64,000 bases of DNA from Euprymna scolopes. Taxonomy: Eukaryota. The DNA lies in the NCBI GenBank assembly GCA_053919585.1, contig CM132793.1, one strand, 5' to 3'. The notes beneath the pieces were generated by a model. That model had not been told where the DNA came from. It made no database searches and saw only the letters and a program-made list of their open reading frames with translations. Each line of letters starts with the position of its first letter. The stretch's first letter is position 1. Made by a program: the position numbers and the translations under genes. This document shows positions 26,185-38,535 of this stretch, one piece after another.

Positions 26185-28650
26185 CGTGATCTGATTTGGA
26201 AGAATAACATGCCTTGTTATATTCAGTTTAAAGTTTTAATGAGATATAAGAACGCATAGAGACTTGATCAGTTAATTGTAGAACATACTAGAAAGTTGAC
26301 TAATTTGTTTAATACTATCAGGTAAATCGATGTGGGTGATGGGCAAATACGAATTATTTACTTAGTAGAAGATCGTTCCCTCCTAAAACCAGTTTGGGTA
26401 TTTCTGATTAATAGTTCAACGAAAAGAATAATTAAGAGGAATATTATTTTGCTTTAAATATTAGCAGCGATTGGCATTCGAGATATAGGTCTGTAATTTA
26501 TAGGAAATGAAAGATATTCCTCTTAAGGCAATTGCATGTAAAGAGGCTTGTGCGAAACCTTTAGATAAATATCTGTAGAAATATGTGGATACATTAATTA
26601 AGCAAAAGATTAGGAACACATTTCCTTCCAGATTATAGTTGGAATGTGGTTGCGACCGAATGCTTAAGTGGACTTCAGTAGATTGGTAGCCATTATCAAC
26701 TCATCCATGTCAATAGTGAGATGCAAATACTAAAGGTACTTGATATTTATTCACTTAGATAAAATTGCATTTTTTTACGAACGATGATTTCGAAGTTGTT
26801 AGGAAAGATCTCCCTTCACTTTTTATTCTGACATTTGAGCAAGGTGTTTCCGGCCTGTTCTTTGACTGTATGTCAAGCAAGGTGATGTTATTTATTTATA
26901 TGCTACCTCGATAGTGCGTAACATTTCTATTGATGAATTCATCTCCGGAGTCAAACTAGGAATCGTCGAAGTGTTTCTTGGCAATGATCAACTAAATATT
27001 ATGTGATTGTATTGAGCATTTGTGGTATTTTGCGGAGATGGACTTAATGGGTAACAGGGGTTTTACCATGTTGTTAGACTTGCAAGTTTTGGTGGATTTA
27101 TCACCCTTATATTTTGTGAGGAAAGTAGACTGTAAGCTCATCTATTAATTTAACAAAATTCTCATGAGCTGATTCTATATTCTGAGAGATAATTAAGTCA
27201 GATGCATATGTGGGACAGTTTTGAAGACCTGGAGGATCAATTGCTGAGAAACAGCTTGATAAGATAAGACATCTTTCCAGTAAAAAAGATTTCATTGAAG
27301 AGTGCTTGTTTTGAAACTCTCAGTGTGAGTTTGACTAGCGCAATTCTATGATCAAATCCAGCATTGCCGAAATATGAGTAGGACTAAGTTTCCTGAAAAT
27401 TATTTCTTCATTTCCTACGAAAAAGGAATGTAGTCTGATTACGAACTTTCACTAGAGTGCTACTCAAAACTGCTAAGTTGCTCTTTTGGCTTCATGAAAG
27501 TTTTGTAATCCTCAGCCATTAAATCTATCACCATTTCACTATTCTGACTGTTTTTACAGCTATACGCACAATTACCTTCACTGAGATCAAGTTTTACGTT
27601 AAAGTCTCAAGGAATAACTTATACATGTGCAAGATCATATGTTAAACCTTACTATAAAGAGTGCATTAGGAACCTTACAATGCATCCAAATAACTTGAGT
27701 TGTGCAGAAAATCGACACATATCACACTCTAGGGGTGCTCTTCTTACTCAAGTAAATCAATTCCAGAAGAGATTTACTAAATGCTTTTAAGATTGTTGCT
27801 GACCACAGGTGACAGCAAGAAGCCTACACCACCGACTTAAACATTGCCTGTATTCTTAAATGCGGATGATGTGAAGTTTTAGTAAGAGTGGGCTTACCTG
27901 AATATAAGGATGTCATCTGTAAGATAGAAGCGATATTCCTGAACTGTTATATCTCCCTAGTAGTTTTACACTGTTTGATTGTTCTTCAAATCGACCATGA
28001 GCGTGATGTATATCTAGTGTAGAATCAGTTAATAAGCGGGATCTTTTTTTACTGTTCACAAGATGTTTATGTTGTTATAGCTGGTTCTTCTCACCTACCC
28101 GCTGGGAAACCTTTAGAGCAATCTCGTCATATAATGAACATATAGATGCATAATAGTTAGAGACAGAACACGATAAGTTAGAGACCTAACTCACTTCTCC
28201 ACTGGCACAATAAAAATATGCTCCCACCAAATGAAAGAAAAACCTAGTGTGATTAATTGTCAATTCAGTAATCTTTTTTAATGGATTCTAATGTGGGTGC
28301 AAGCTACAGCTACACACAATGGAACGCATTGTACAACCAAGTACTAAAGAAGTTAACTTCGCATCCATGGGGCAAGACAATCCCGCTGGGTGTAAAGATT
28401 GTGTTTACTGATATGAAATTTACGCTTTGGATAGATTTTCTTCACCATGACTAAGGAATCCCTCCTATACCACTGGAACAAGCTGTACCATTTATGAGTT
28501 TACCAATTGTAAACATACCTAAACTGGCCTATTAATATGTCGACCTGGGTGGGCGATAAGAATACCTACGTTTGCCCAGTTTGCAAGGCCCCCATCTAGG
28601 CGTTGCAGAAAGAGTCCGACGGAAAGAAAACCATATGTAGTTAGTGATAG
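25530..28650 (-). mobile_element. RTE-group (RTEX-like) LINE, degenerate, interrupted by (TA)n at 26095-26182
   Basis: Minus strand: *DFNVK and FDHRI endonuclease remnants (27340-27620), KAFG..IP..IWK (~26650), NYRPISRMPIAAN..QTGFRRERSST (26350-26500) and DDDIV (~26000). Confidence 0.65.
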
Positions 28651-30031
28651 CACGGCTGTAAGAATGGCAAGAAAAATGTTGCAGAGCTTCGGAATTCACG
28701 TACTTGAACAATAAATGCAAACTTCATTTTATTAGGTTCTTTCTTATTTAAAATTCCTGAATTTTTATCGTGATGTCAATACTGGGTTTATTGACAAGAC
28801 TTTTCTCAAAATTCTCTAATTTCGTAATATTATACATAACTCTTATATTAATACTAATTAGGAAACTAATCCGTAGTAATTTTTTCGGCTCGACCTGCAA
28901 CTAAATTAACTACAAAGGTTAAGTTTTCATGAATATTTATTTCACAAACGATATCCGCTCGAGTCAGTGGTGCTTACAATGTAAACTTTTGCAACTTCAT
29001 TTCGTATCTAAATGTTAATGTAATTTCCTATAAGGCGTTGAATATTTTCAAAAGTATACTATCTTATACAAACTAGTTGCAACTTTGACTATCATTGATT
29101 ATCAGGCGAAGTAAAGAAATTCGTGTTATTTGGTATAGTTTGTTTAGTCTAGTTTAAATCTCAATTTACATAGAAATATATCAATGGAAAATTTGTCCTG
29201 AAATTCTTTTTCATTTGTAAAAATGTGAATCATGGTGTGCGGAAAACCAGAAGCTAAACTGACGTTTGACCAACTGCATTTCAATTTTTTAAAATCAATT
29301 TATAAATGATAGTCTATTCCCTATCTTCTAAAGCTTCACATGTTTTGTCAACTGTTAGGATATTAGCTAGAATTTTATATATTTACAAAATCCTTTAATG
29401 ACCTAAAAGTAGTTCGAGTGCTCGAATCCAGAAAGATACGTGATCAAATTTTACAACTATTTAAGTTGTCTAGTAAAACCCTGCCCTTAGTCGGTAATCG
29501 AAAAACAAAAACAAAAAAAAACGTTTGTTCTTTCACGGACGCTGTACAATAATAAAACAGAAATAATGGTGAAGGTTTCATATGAATGTGTTTCAAATTC
29601 TTGTAAAATGTTTACAAGTGAGTCGATTTGGTTTTCCTATCTGAATATCCATGATGCCTAAAACTTACGTTATATAATCCCATTGACTAGCGACAATTAA
29701 GTAACTGCCGTAAACATTATATATATATACACACACATTACGTCGTTTTCAGTATTCGGATAAGGGTATACATTTGGCTATTACCAATGAAGCCGGATCC
29801 ACATACAGAATGTTTTAAATTATCTAAAAAAAACACATACGTGCCACACACTTCCAATGCTACCATTTGCCGCGACAAATATGTGCTTAAAATGCAGATT
29901 CAGGAAGACATTTTGCAGCAGATTGTGATACACCATTACATGGCGTTCGCCTTGTCGCCTTCTAATTGGGTAAGTTTAATCGGGAGTGCATCTTCTCCAC
30001 TGGATTAAACGCGCCTAGCCCTCTCAAGTTG

Positions 30032-30104
<73 letters not shown>

Positions 30105-30110
<6 letters not shown>

Positions 30111-30200
30111 TGTTATTCGTGATACCATGCACTAATGATTCCCGAAAGAATGAACCCCTAGTGTTTGAAGGTTTTTTAGACATTTTATAGTGAATACTTA
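30105..30200 (+). mobile_element. Degenerate copy of the ~95-nt hammerhead mini-element at 11137-11228, also within (TA)n
   Basis: catgcaCTAATGAttcccgaaagaatGAACccctagtgtttgaagg aligns with the 11.2 kb hammerhead, with a mutated core. Confidence 0.75.
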
Positions 30201-30893
30201 TATATATATATATATAATATATATATATATATTTATTTTAGATATATATATAAAGTATAGAATAAAAACTTTTTAAAAATATACATATTATGTATATATA
30301 TTTTTATAAATATTATAGTGTGTGTGCAATGTTTATATGCATATTAAATTCATAAGTGTATATTTTTATATTTATATTAAATATATATTATATATTTTGT
30401 ATATTTATGTTAAATGTGGTTCTATTTTTTTACTTTGAAGTCACCACTCATCACGACCCGAGGTCCATTTGAGGATAAGCGTAAGTGAATATAACGTGAT
30501 GGTCTAGTAATCACTTATATTGTAATTTAGGTAGAATTTGGTTATTAAAGAGGAAGGTTTTGCAGAAAGTTGATTACATTATTTAAATTATTTAAGGCGG
30601 GCATGTTGTATTCAGCTGCTATCGGAGCAGTTATTAAAATCGGACATATCTGTGGAAGTTCATGGAATCTCCATTTAAATTTAGGCACAGATAGAAAGTG
30701 GGAAACGATCATATATATTTGTCATAGTAAGTCTAGAGCTTTTGTGAATGTTTTGCAAAGAGCAAAATATAAACGAGTTTAATCGATTACTTGCCATGAA
30801 AATAAGCATAGAGCAGAGACAGGCTAGCGACGTTTCTTTTGTCGGAAAGAAATTATAAGGAAAAGAAAAGGGTATTAACTACTAGTTTTCTAT

Positions 30894-31061
30894 TGTGGTC
30901 CCGGTTAGGGGTACACTATTTATATGAAAGTGTCCTACTGTTCGCTACAAGCGGTTAAACTATGTGTATGTACTTCACTTGAGAGCAGACATGTCTGGCT
31001 AACATAGGGCCAGACTGGTCCATATTATCATTAATATATGAGTGCCAAGTACCCCAGAACA
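30894..31061 (-). repeat. 3' LTR of the Gypsy element
   Basis: Shares ctac.agcggtta.act..ttcactt.agagcaga.atgtctggct.acata..catattatcat with 36990-37148. Confidence 0.75.
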
Positions 31062-32502
31062 CCTATCGCCAAATATTTATTTCCCCAAAATATATGCCTT
31101 TTTACTCTGGTTGAAATTCAAGGGGTCTATCAGTTTCCTTTTACTGCCAGATGACGTTTTCAGTACTAGTTTTAGGGGGTTTCAGGAGAAATGCGTCAAG
31201 CAGTAGGTCTAACTCCTCTTCTTCTGGTGGAATTTGCCTTAACTCGTTCGAAGTGCGTTTGCGTGTCTGGTGATCCTCTCACCATGCAGACCATATGGCC
31301 GATCCTGTTCTTTATGGTCCCTTACTCCCAAAAGATATTATTCTCTTTGTTCATCTGGAAGTATATTTTCCGTCCCGGCAAATAATTCTACTTGTGAACA
31401 GTTGTCTTTGTGAGCTTTACTTGTTTTGGTAATAATTTGTCAAAAACTGGCCGTGTTCTTCTCGACCACATTTCTTCCGACGTAGATATCTGAGCTGGTG
31501 TATTCACATTAGGCTTTATGCGGTACATTTGAAGAAATTGTTGCAACGCATTTTTGGATGAAGTGCCCTTTGCCTTCTTCCTGACCCTCTTCAATGTGTC
31601 AACAAATCTTTCGGCCTGTCCGTTTGATCTGGTGTGGTAAGTCGGGGTTGAGATGTGCTCCACTTAGAAGTCCTTTATAAACTCTTTAAATCCTCGAATA
31701 TAAACAAGGTTGTTATCTGACCCTAAACAGTCGACCACTCCGATTCCTGCAAATAACCCATGAAGAGTTTGTTTTTTTATAGTGGAATTAGTAGTTCAGC
31801 TTTTGCACCTAAAGACTTAAGGTCACTTAGGGACGCTACTGACTACTTTGAGGTGGTACTGCCCATCATGTGCATCCGCGTAGTCCATGTGTATCCGTGA
31901 ACATGGTAGTTAGCTTTTTGCCATGGGTTTAATTGAGATTGTGGCGCTAGTGCACGTCTTCTGCATATTTTCGACTTTTCGTCAATAACCATGCTCATGT
32001 TTTTCCAGTACACGTATCGACGCATTAAACTCTTCATTCTAGTTGCGCCAGATTTTCCTGTATGAAAACTATTTAAGATTTTCTTTTGGATGGTCGCTAG
32101 AACCAATATCAACCAATATAATAATCTCTGGAACCTATATAGTAAAATCTGGTTGCATATTGAAAAGACCTCTACTAATTGTTATCGGTTTGCAGTTTTT
32201 CCTTACTTTCTCGTCGCTTTCGCCTTCTTTTCTTATATCATCCAGAATAACGGGGAGTTCTTTAAGAGGGTTGCGTAGGGTCGAACTATAATCTCTCTCT
32301 TATCGTAGTGACGTGATCATCAAGTCTTCAAGTGGTTCAGAATTCCTTGATATTTACTGGGATAACCTGTCTGTGTGTCCTAATTTGACGGAACGCACTC
32401 GCTTCGCCAACAACGCACTGCTAAGAGAAAGAGTAAAAGCATGAAGATTATTTATCGATTCAGAGAAGGCGTGACTTGTACGGACTCATTGACCATTGTA
32501 CT

Positions 32503-34050
32503 GTACCTATTTACTATGCCTCCCCACGGGACAGAGTTAGACACCAGGGTCGTTTTTTAACGCGGAGTAAAGGTAAAAAAATAAAAATTGTCTCAGTCGT
32601 GAAGGATTTCTCCTCCGCCGAAAGAGAACAAGAAATGGAAGTGCAGCATCTGAAGAACAGATGGTATTTATTTGCTCCCCCACCGAGCAAATTAGGCACA
32701 AGGCCGATTTTTAAAGTGAGGAGTGAAGGGGAAATGGGGACCAGCTCCCCGGGGAGTAGGGGAACTGGATAGTGACAATTGGTATGAAGGGTTTCCCCTA
32801 CATTGACCAAGGTCTTATATGTGGAGTTGCCCCCACATATGGTCTTTGCTTGCAGTATCTGCCGGAACAGATGGTATTTATTTGCTCCCCCACCGAGCAA
32901 ATTAGGCACAAGGCCGATTTTTAATGTGAGGAGTGAAGGGGAAATGGGGGCCAACTCCCCGGGGAGTAGGGGAGCTGGATAGTGACAATTGGTATGAAGG
33001 GTTGCCCCTTCATTGACCAAGGTCTTATATGTAGGGTCGCCCCCACATATGATCTTTGCTTGCAGTACCTGTCGGAACAGATGGTATTTATTTGCTCCCC
33101 CACCGAGCAAATAAGGCACAAGACCGATTTTTAATGTGAGGAGTGAAGGGAGGGGGAAGGGAAAAAGGGGACCAGCTCCCGAGAGGTGGGAAATGGGAGC
33201 TGGTTAAAGGTCAGGCATGTGGGGTTGCCCCCACATCTGGTCTTTGCTAGTCATAGCTAGTCATAGCTTGCAGTATCTGTCGGAACAGATGGTATTTATT
33301 TGCTCCCCCACCGAGCAAATTAGGCACAAGGCCGATTTTTAATGTGAGGAGTGAAGGGAGGGGGAAGGGAAAAAGGGGGACCAGCTCCCGAGAGGTGGGA
33401 AATGGGAGCTGGGTAATGGTCAGGCATGTGAGGTTGCCCCCACATCTGGTCTTTGCTAGTCATAGCTAGTCATAGCTTGCAGCATCTGCCGGAACAGATG
33501 GTGTTTATTTGCTCCCCCACTGAGCAAATTAGGCACAAGGCCGTTTTTAATGTGAGGTAAAAACCAGCTCCCCTAAAAGGGGTCACTCTGGTTACCAAAA
33601 ATAATAATTGTCCCAGTATAGAGGGTTTCCCCTCCATTGACTGGTACAAATTATCTTAAGTGCAGCATCTGCCGGAACAGATGGTATTTATTTGCTCCCC
33701 CACTGAGCAAATTAGGCACAAGGCCGTTTTTAATGTGAGGTAAAAACCAGCTCCCGTAAAAGGGGTCACTCTGGTTACCAAAAATAATAATTGTCCCAGT
33801 ATAGAGGGTTTCCCCTCCATTGACTGGTACAAATTATCTTAAGTGCAGCATCTGCCGGAACAGATGGTGTTTATTTGCTCCCCCACTGAGCAAATTAGGC
33901 ACAAGGCCGTTTTTAATGTGAGGTAAAAACCAGCTCCCCTAAAAGGGGTCACTCTGGTTACCAAAAATAATAATTGTCCCAGTATAGAGGGTTTCCCCTC
34001 CATTGACTGGTACAAATTATCTTAAGTGCAGTGCATCTGCCGGAACAGAT
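32503..34050 (-). repeat. Tandem array of 8 structured modules (minus-strand order C,C,C,B,B,A,A,D)
   Basis: The plus-strand anchor gaacagat recurs at 32655, 32865, 33075, 33283, 33492, 33675, 33858 and 34043 (periods 210, 210, 208, 209, 183, 183, 185). Constant ~75-nt block with type-specific middles. Confidence 0.95.
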
Positions 34051-34088
34051 ACTACACTTTGATCTTGGCCCGCAGACCAAGAATCGGT
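34043..34088 (-). ncRNA. U2 snRNA-derived 5' fragment (nt ~1-46), truncated
   Basis: Minus strand accgattcttggtctgcgggccaagatcaaagtgtagtatctgttc vs recalled invertebrate U2 atcgcttctcggccttatggctaagatcaaagtgtagtatctgttc. The last 24 nt are identical, including GTAGTA, and stem I is preserved (tcttggtc-tgcg-ggccaaga). Confidence 0.9.
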
Positions 34089-36989
34089 GTACGTATATTA
34101 TTTTGAATTTAATAAGCATGCTAGAAAGAAAACGAGTTTGTTCTTTTTCCATGTGAATTGAATTATCTTACTGACCAAGGCGAGTGTTTAATTATTGTTT
34201 TTTCCTTAGCGTACAACCGACCGTCTAGCCGATGGCATGTCAACTCTGAACACCAGACGACCATGGCGTCCTGCTGCATGAAATATCATATCTGGTCGCC
34301 TTTGACCAGAATAGCGATTGGACGAGATAATAGGTCACAGTGAGCACCATTTTTAACTATTCGAACCCAATCCATACATTTCTAGGCCCAGTTCCAACAT
34401 TTTTCCTTCGTCAGTAGTTCATTTAAATGCGCGCACAATGTGTGCATATTAAGAATTAAGCTTGATAGAATTAGCTAAGCCTAAAATACTTTCCAGTTTG
34501 ATTATGTCGTATGACTCAGGCTTTTTGTTTTGCTATGGAACTCTCCGGACTAATCCGATTACCATTCCTATCTGCCCAGGGTATTTCATTTGATCGAAAA
34601 AATATTCACATTTGGTGTCTGTAAGTGTAGAGGAACCCTCGTTCATTCTTTCGAATACCTGAAAAACGCTATATCTATGTTGCTGTATAGATTCGCTTTT
34701 CATTTGAATATCGTTGAATTATCCGATGGATATATCAAACCCACTCAACATCGTGTTGATTAGCTGTTGAAAGATAGCTTGTGGGGCTTTGATCCCGACA
34801 GCAAACTTATTAAAATTAAATAGGCTCTTGTGAGTGGTAATACAGAACAGTTTTGAGCTTTCTTCTTCAACGGGAATCTAAAGGTAGGCTTCCCGCAGAT
34901 CTATTCTTGGAAATATTTTCCCTCCATTTCGTTTCCGAAAAAATCTTCCTCGAGGTAAAGGGAGCGAGTAATTATGATCTTAAGTCTAATATTCTTATCC
35001 ACTATTTTATCATCATGTCATTCCCTATATTTTGGTCATCCGCTTGAGTCCACGTTGTTTATACGTAGTTCTTGCGGGGTCTTTTTGATCTGCAATGATA
35101 GGCTTTGTGTCCATTGCATCTACAGCGATCAAATTTCACGGGTGGTATGGACAATCTTTAGCAAATGAAGTTCTCCACATCCTTGGAATGAGTAACGGGG
35201 CAACTCAGGAATGTTTCTTTACTGTTTTAAGGGTAAGTTTTTTTGTTATTTCGTATGTTTTTAATATGTGCAACACCTGTTTCTTAATTATTTTTCGAGT
35301 GTTGGTTCTTCGAGATAATTCTTTGGCACTCCTCAGCCCATTGTGAAAGTGTTATGTATGGTGCTTTATCCAATCTGGTTAGTGTCAGGCGTCTTAGTAA
35401 AGCATCCTTGGTCGATACTAAGCCTTGAATAAAATATCCGGACCTTAAAGTTGTCGGCCGTCAATGAGGATAGTCCGAAGCCGTCACAATGTCGGTTTAC
35501 GACTGAAGCAAATGTAGTGTAATCTTAATCTTTTTTGTGGATCAAGTTGATGGATCACCATCTTTTCTGGAATAAGCTGATTTTTCGACAGTATTATTAT
35601 ATCAACGATGTCACTATTTCGTCGAGGCGTAATTTGCTCGTCTGTTTAGGAATGACGTAGTCCACGGACTTAGTATGTTCTGCAGCTCGCATTTCTTTGT
35701 ACTAAAAGACGACTCTTCATCTGCCTGCTCCATGACTTGCAACCAACCCTGAATACGTCACGAAATCTGTGAAAATAGGCTTCAAAAGTCCACTCCTTTT
35801 CGGGACGATAGACTTAGACGATAGAACTGCTCCTAATGCTGAATAAATCGCGTCTTTTTTAAAATTCTGATCTGACACGTTGCGGTCTTTCTTCGTTTGG
35901 TAACAGTTCCAATTTTACTTTGCTTGTGACTGCGTTTTTCTTCTTCTTCTCTCTCTCTCTTTTCTCTTTTCTATCTCTTTTTTCTGTTGTTTCTCTTTGT
36001 TCATCTTCTCTTTTTTCTGTAATTCTAAAGTATGAGTTTGTTGTAACCGTATCTTTTCAAATAGTTGCCTTGAAAGGTTTTCCATTAAAAAAATTAAATA
36101 GACTCAACAGAACAATCTGTGTCTAAGAAATGATAAACAAAAACCGCGCGACTTCACGGAGAAGATATGCCAAATATATATTCACGAAGATAAATAAAAA
36201 ATAACGAGCATTCGGTTTTAACAGAAAGAATTATTCAGTTTTCCACAGAGAACAAAAGAATTTATTTTAACTCTCTTTCGTAAAAAAGTACGAAGCATTT
36301 AACGTCCGATAGAATTTCGAATAATAAACGAAGTGAAAGCAAAAATACCGTCGCGTTTTCGCGTTTTCGCGTTTTCGCGTTTTTTGCATTGGATTCTCGT
36401 AATGAATATATGCGGTTTCAATCCTTCGTAGAGCCGATGTACTTTTCTCTTTTTGTTTTACCGGGAAAAGGAAACCATGAAGCTATCGACCAAGAAAAGT
36501 TTGGTCACCGAAACATTTATTTCCCCCCCCCCCAAATATATACTGATAATCGAATATGGGTTTTTGCCACGCGGAAAAATTACGATATTTGCACAAGCGA
36601 AACATTGGGTAAGCCTATAAAAACAACAAAAAAATATTTTCTTTTCTTTGTGTGATTAAAAAAAAAGGTTCACTTTTAACAAACAGTCTACAAATAACGA
36701 TATTTGGATAAAGAGAAAAAAAACTCAGGGCAATAAAATTGTCATTGAACATAAGAAGTGAATTAACTGCATTTTCTTAGCAATAGAAAGCCTTGTATTT
36801 TTTCTACTCATGGCGTTTTGAAAAATCCACATTTCCCTTGGCGAGGATTTTATTTTTGTTACTAAAACACTTCATGGAACCACCATTTACCTTTCAAAGC
36901 AGGTAAAATACGAGTTTACTAGAAGTTGGTTTCTTATCCAAAGAAAACGATTATGGGGACTTTCTTTGAATACCGGACGTCGGCAATGA

Positions 36990-37148
36990 TGTAGTCCTTG
37001 CTAGTGGTCACAGTAATAAGCGGAACAGTACCTGGTTTCCACTACGAGCGGTTACACTGCGTGTTTCCTATTCACTTTAGAGCAGAAATGTCTGGCTTAC
37101 ATATGGCCATATTATCATGAATAGAGGGGCGTCAACTACTCCAATACA
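36990..37148 (-). repeat. 5' LTR of the Gypsy element
   Basis: TG...CA ends; homologous to 30894-31061. Confidence 0.75.
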
Positions 37149-38535
37149 GTTTCCTAGCCGGTGTTGTACTCTATCAAAGCAGCATAGGCTCTGCCGAACA
37201 GCTATTGTTCAGATATAGTATCAGTGTTCCATTGTAGGGCGCACATGGGGCATACTTTTACATGATTTATACATGCAAATCTTACGTTAGCCTGTATTTT
37301 AGAGGACACCTTAATGTTTCGATACAAACACATTTTACTTTCTTGATTTATTTTGATCTGAAGTATGAAGCGTAACACCAGACATTGATTGACGTATATA
37401 ATACGGTAAGATATTCTCATTTTTATCTGCTATTTATGCGTGATGTGATGTAATTATTGTTGTTTAAATAAAAAGGTGTTTTAAATATTCTATTTTTTAA
37501 TACTCTGACAAATATTTAAATAATACTGTTATGATAAAAATCGTATGTCTAGAGTTTTTAAGTCAAATTGTGCTCAAAAAATAATTGGGAGACAATGTTA
37601 TAAAAAAACCTTAACGCAGTATAAAGTTAAGGTACTCTATATAATTGGGGTGAATGTATGTAGTTTTAATTTGAAAAAAAATGTGTAAATATTTGAACTG
37701 TTAAATTTTGTAAAAAAATGGGAGTATTATATGGTCCCTAAAACCTCTAAAGCACTGCTACGAACTGTAATGTTTGATATATTTATTAATTAATGTAAAA
37801 TACCTATTAACATGCTATACTAAATTAATCATTGTATTGTAAGCAGATCATAAAACTAGGTGTAATCCTTTTACGTAACAATAATAAAGCGAATATAATC
37901 CACATAANNNNNNNNNNNNNNNNNNNNNNNNNNNNNNNNNNNNNNNNNNNNNNNNNNNNNNNNNNNNNNNNNNNNNNNNNNNNNNNNNNNNNNNNNNNNN
38001 NNNNNNNNNNNNNNNNNNNNNNNNNNNNNNNNNNNAGTGTCAGTAATAAATGACAGAGGAGACTAAAGTAAGAAAAAGATTTATAATCCCCATAATAATA
38101 TTTGTTCTACTATCCATCTTTATACTAATATTTTTCTTTTTTTTTGTAGTTGTGTACACAGTTTTGAGCAAATAGTTTCACAGCCTATGCAAAGGGTTTT
38201 GTATAAGGGAGCAGTGTTGTATGTGTGTAGGAGATTCTAATGGTGGCTGATAAACAAAAACTTTCATTTCTTGATTGAAACCATTTTCTTTATCAGATTC
38301 ACACTTAACGCTGAACAATCATCAATTCACCCCTGGCTATTTCTTCTTACTTCTACTGCCAATAGAAGTATTTTATGCACGATATGCTATGAAAAGAAGA
38401 AACGAAAAATCTACACACACTTGGAAAAAAACACCTCAATACTAACGTTCAAATCTTATTGAGTGCTTATTGAAAGTGGATAAACTCTATATGATTCTAT
38501 TATAATGATCGACTCGCGAGAAATAAACGGAATAA

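Larger units (their letters stand above)
30894..37148 (-). mobile_element. Gypsy/Ty3 LTR retrotransposon, old, with both LTRs
   Basis: Integrase HISTPTYHTRSNGQAERFVDTLKR and ILNSFHTG..TRMKSLMRRYVYW; RT ITTHKSLFNFNKFAVGIKAPQAIFQQLINTML; RH end KLGHTDRLS. Diverged TG..CA direct repeats at 30894-31061 and 36990-37148. PBS-like ttgccgacg next to the 5' LTR and a purine-rich tract next to the 3' LTR. Confidence 0.88.

Noticed and set aside
32514-33119. 201-aa ORF on the minus strand
   Set aside because: It arises from a 210-nt (multiple of 3) repeat period. The frame is not kept in B or C modules, and the variation fits RNA structure rather than codons.
32503-34050. CRISPR array
   Set aside because: Eukaryotic context, no cas genes, a constant block of ~75 nt, and variable parts that are duplicated and mutually homologous rather than unique spacers.
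32640-34050. Known ribozyme (hammerhead, twister, pistol) within the modules
   Set aside because: No CTGANGA..GAAA pair, and I could not place the required pseudoknots consistently across module types by eye.
34043-34088. Functional U2 snRNA gene
   Set aside because: Only ~46 nt are present; stem II, the Sm site, the 3' stems and an upstream promoter are missing.
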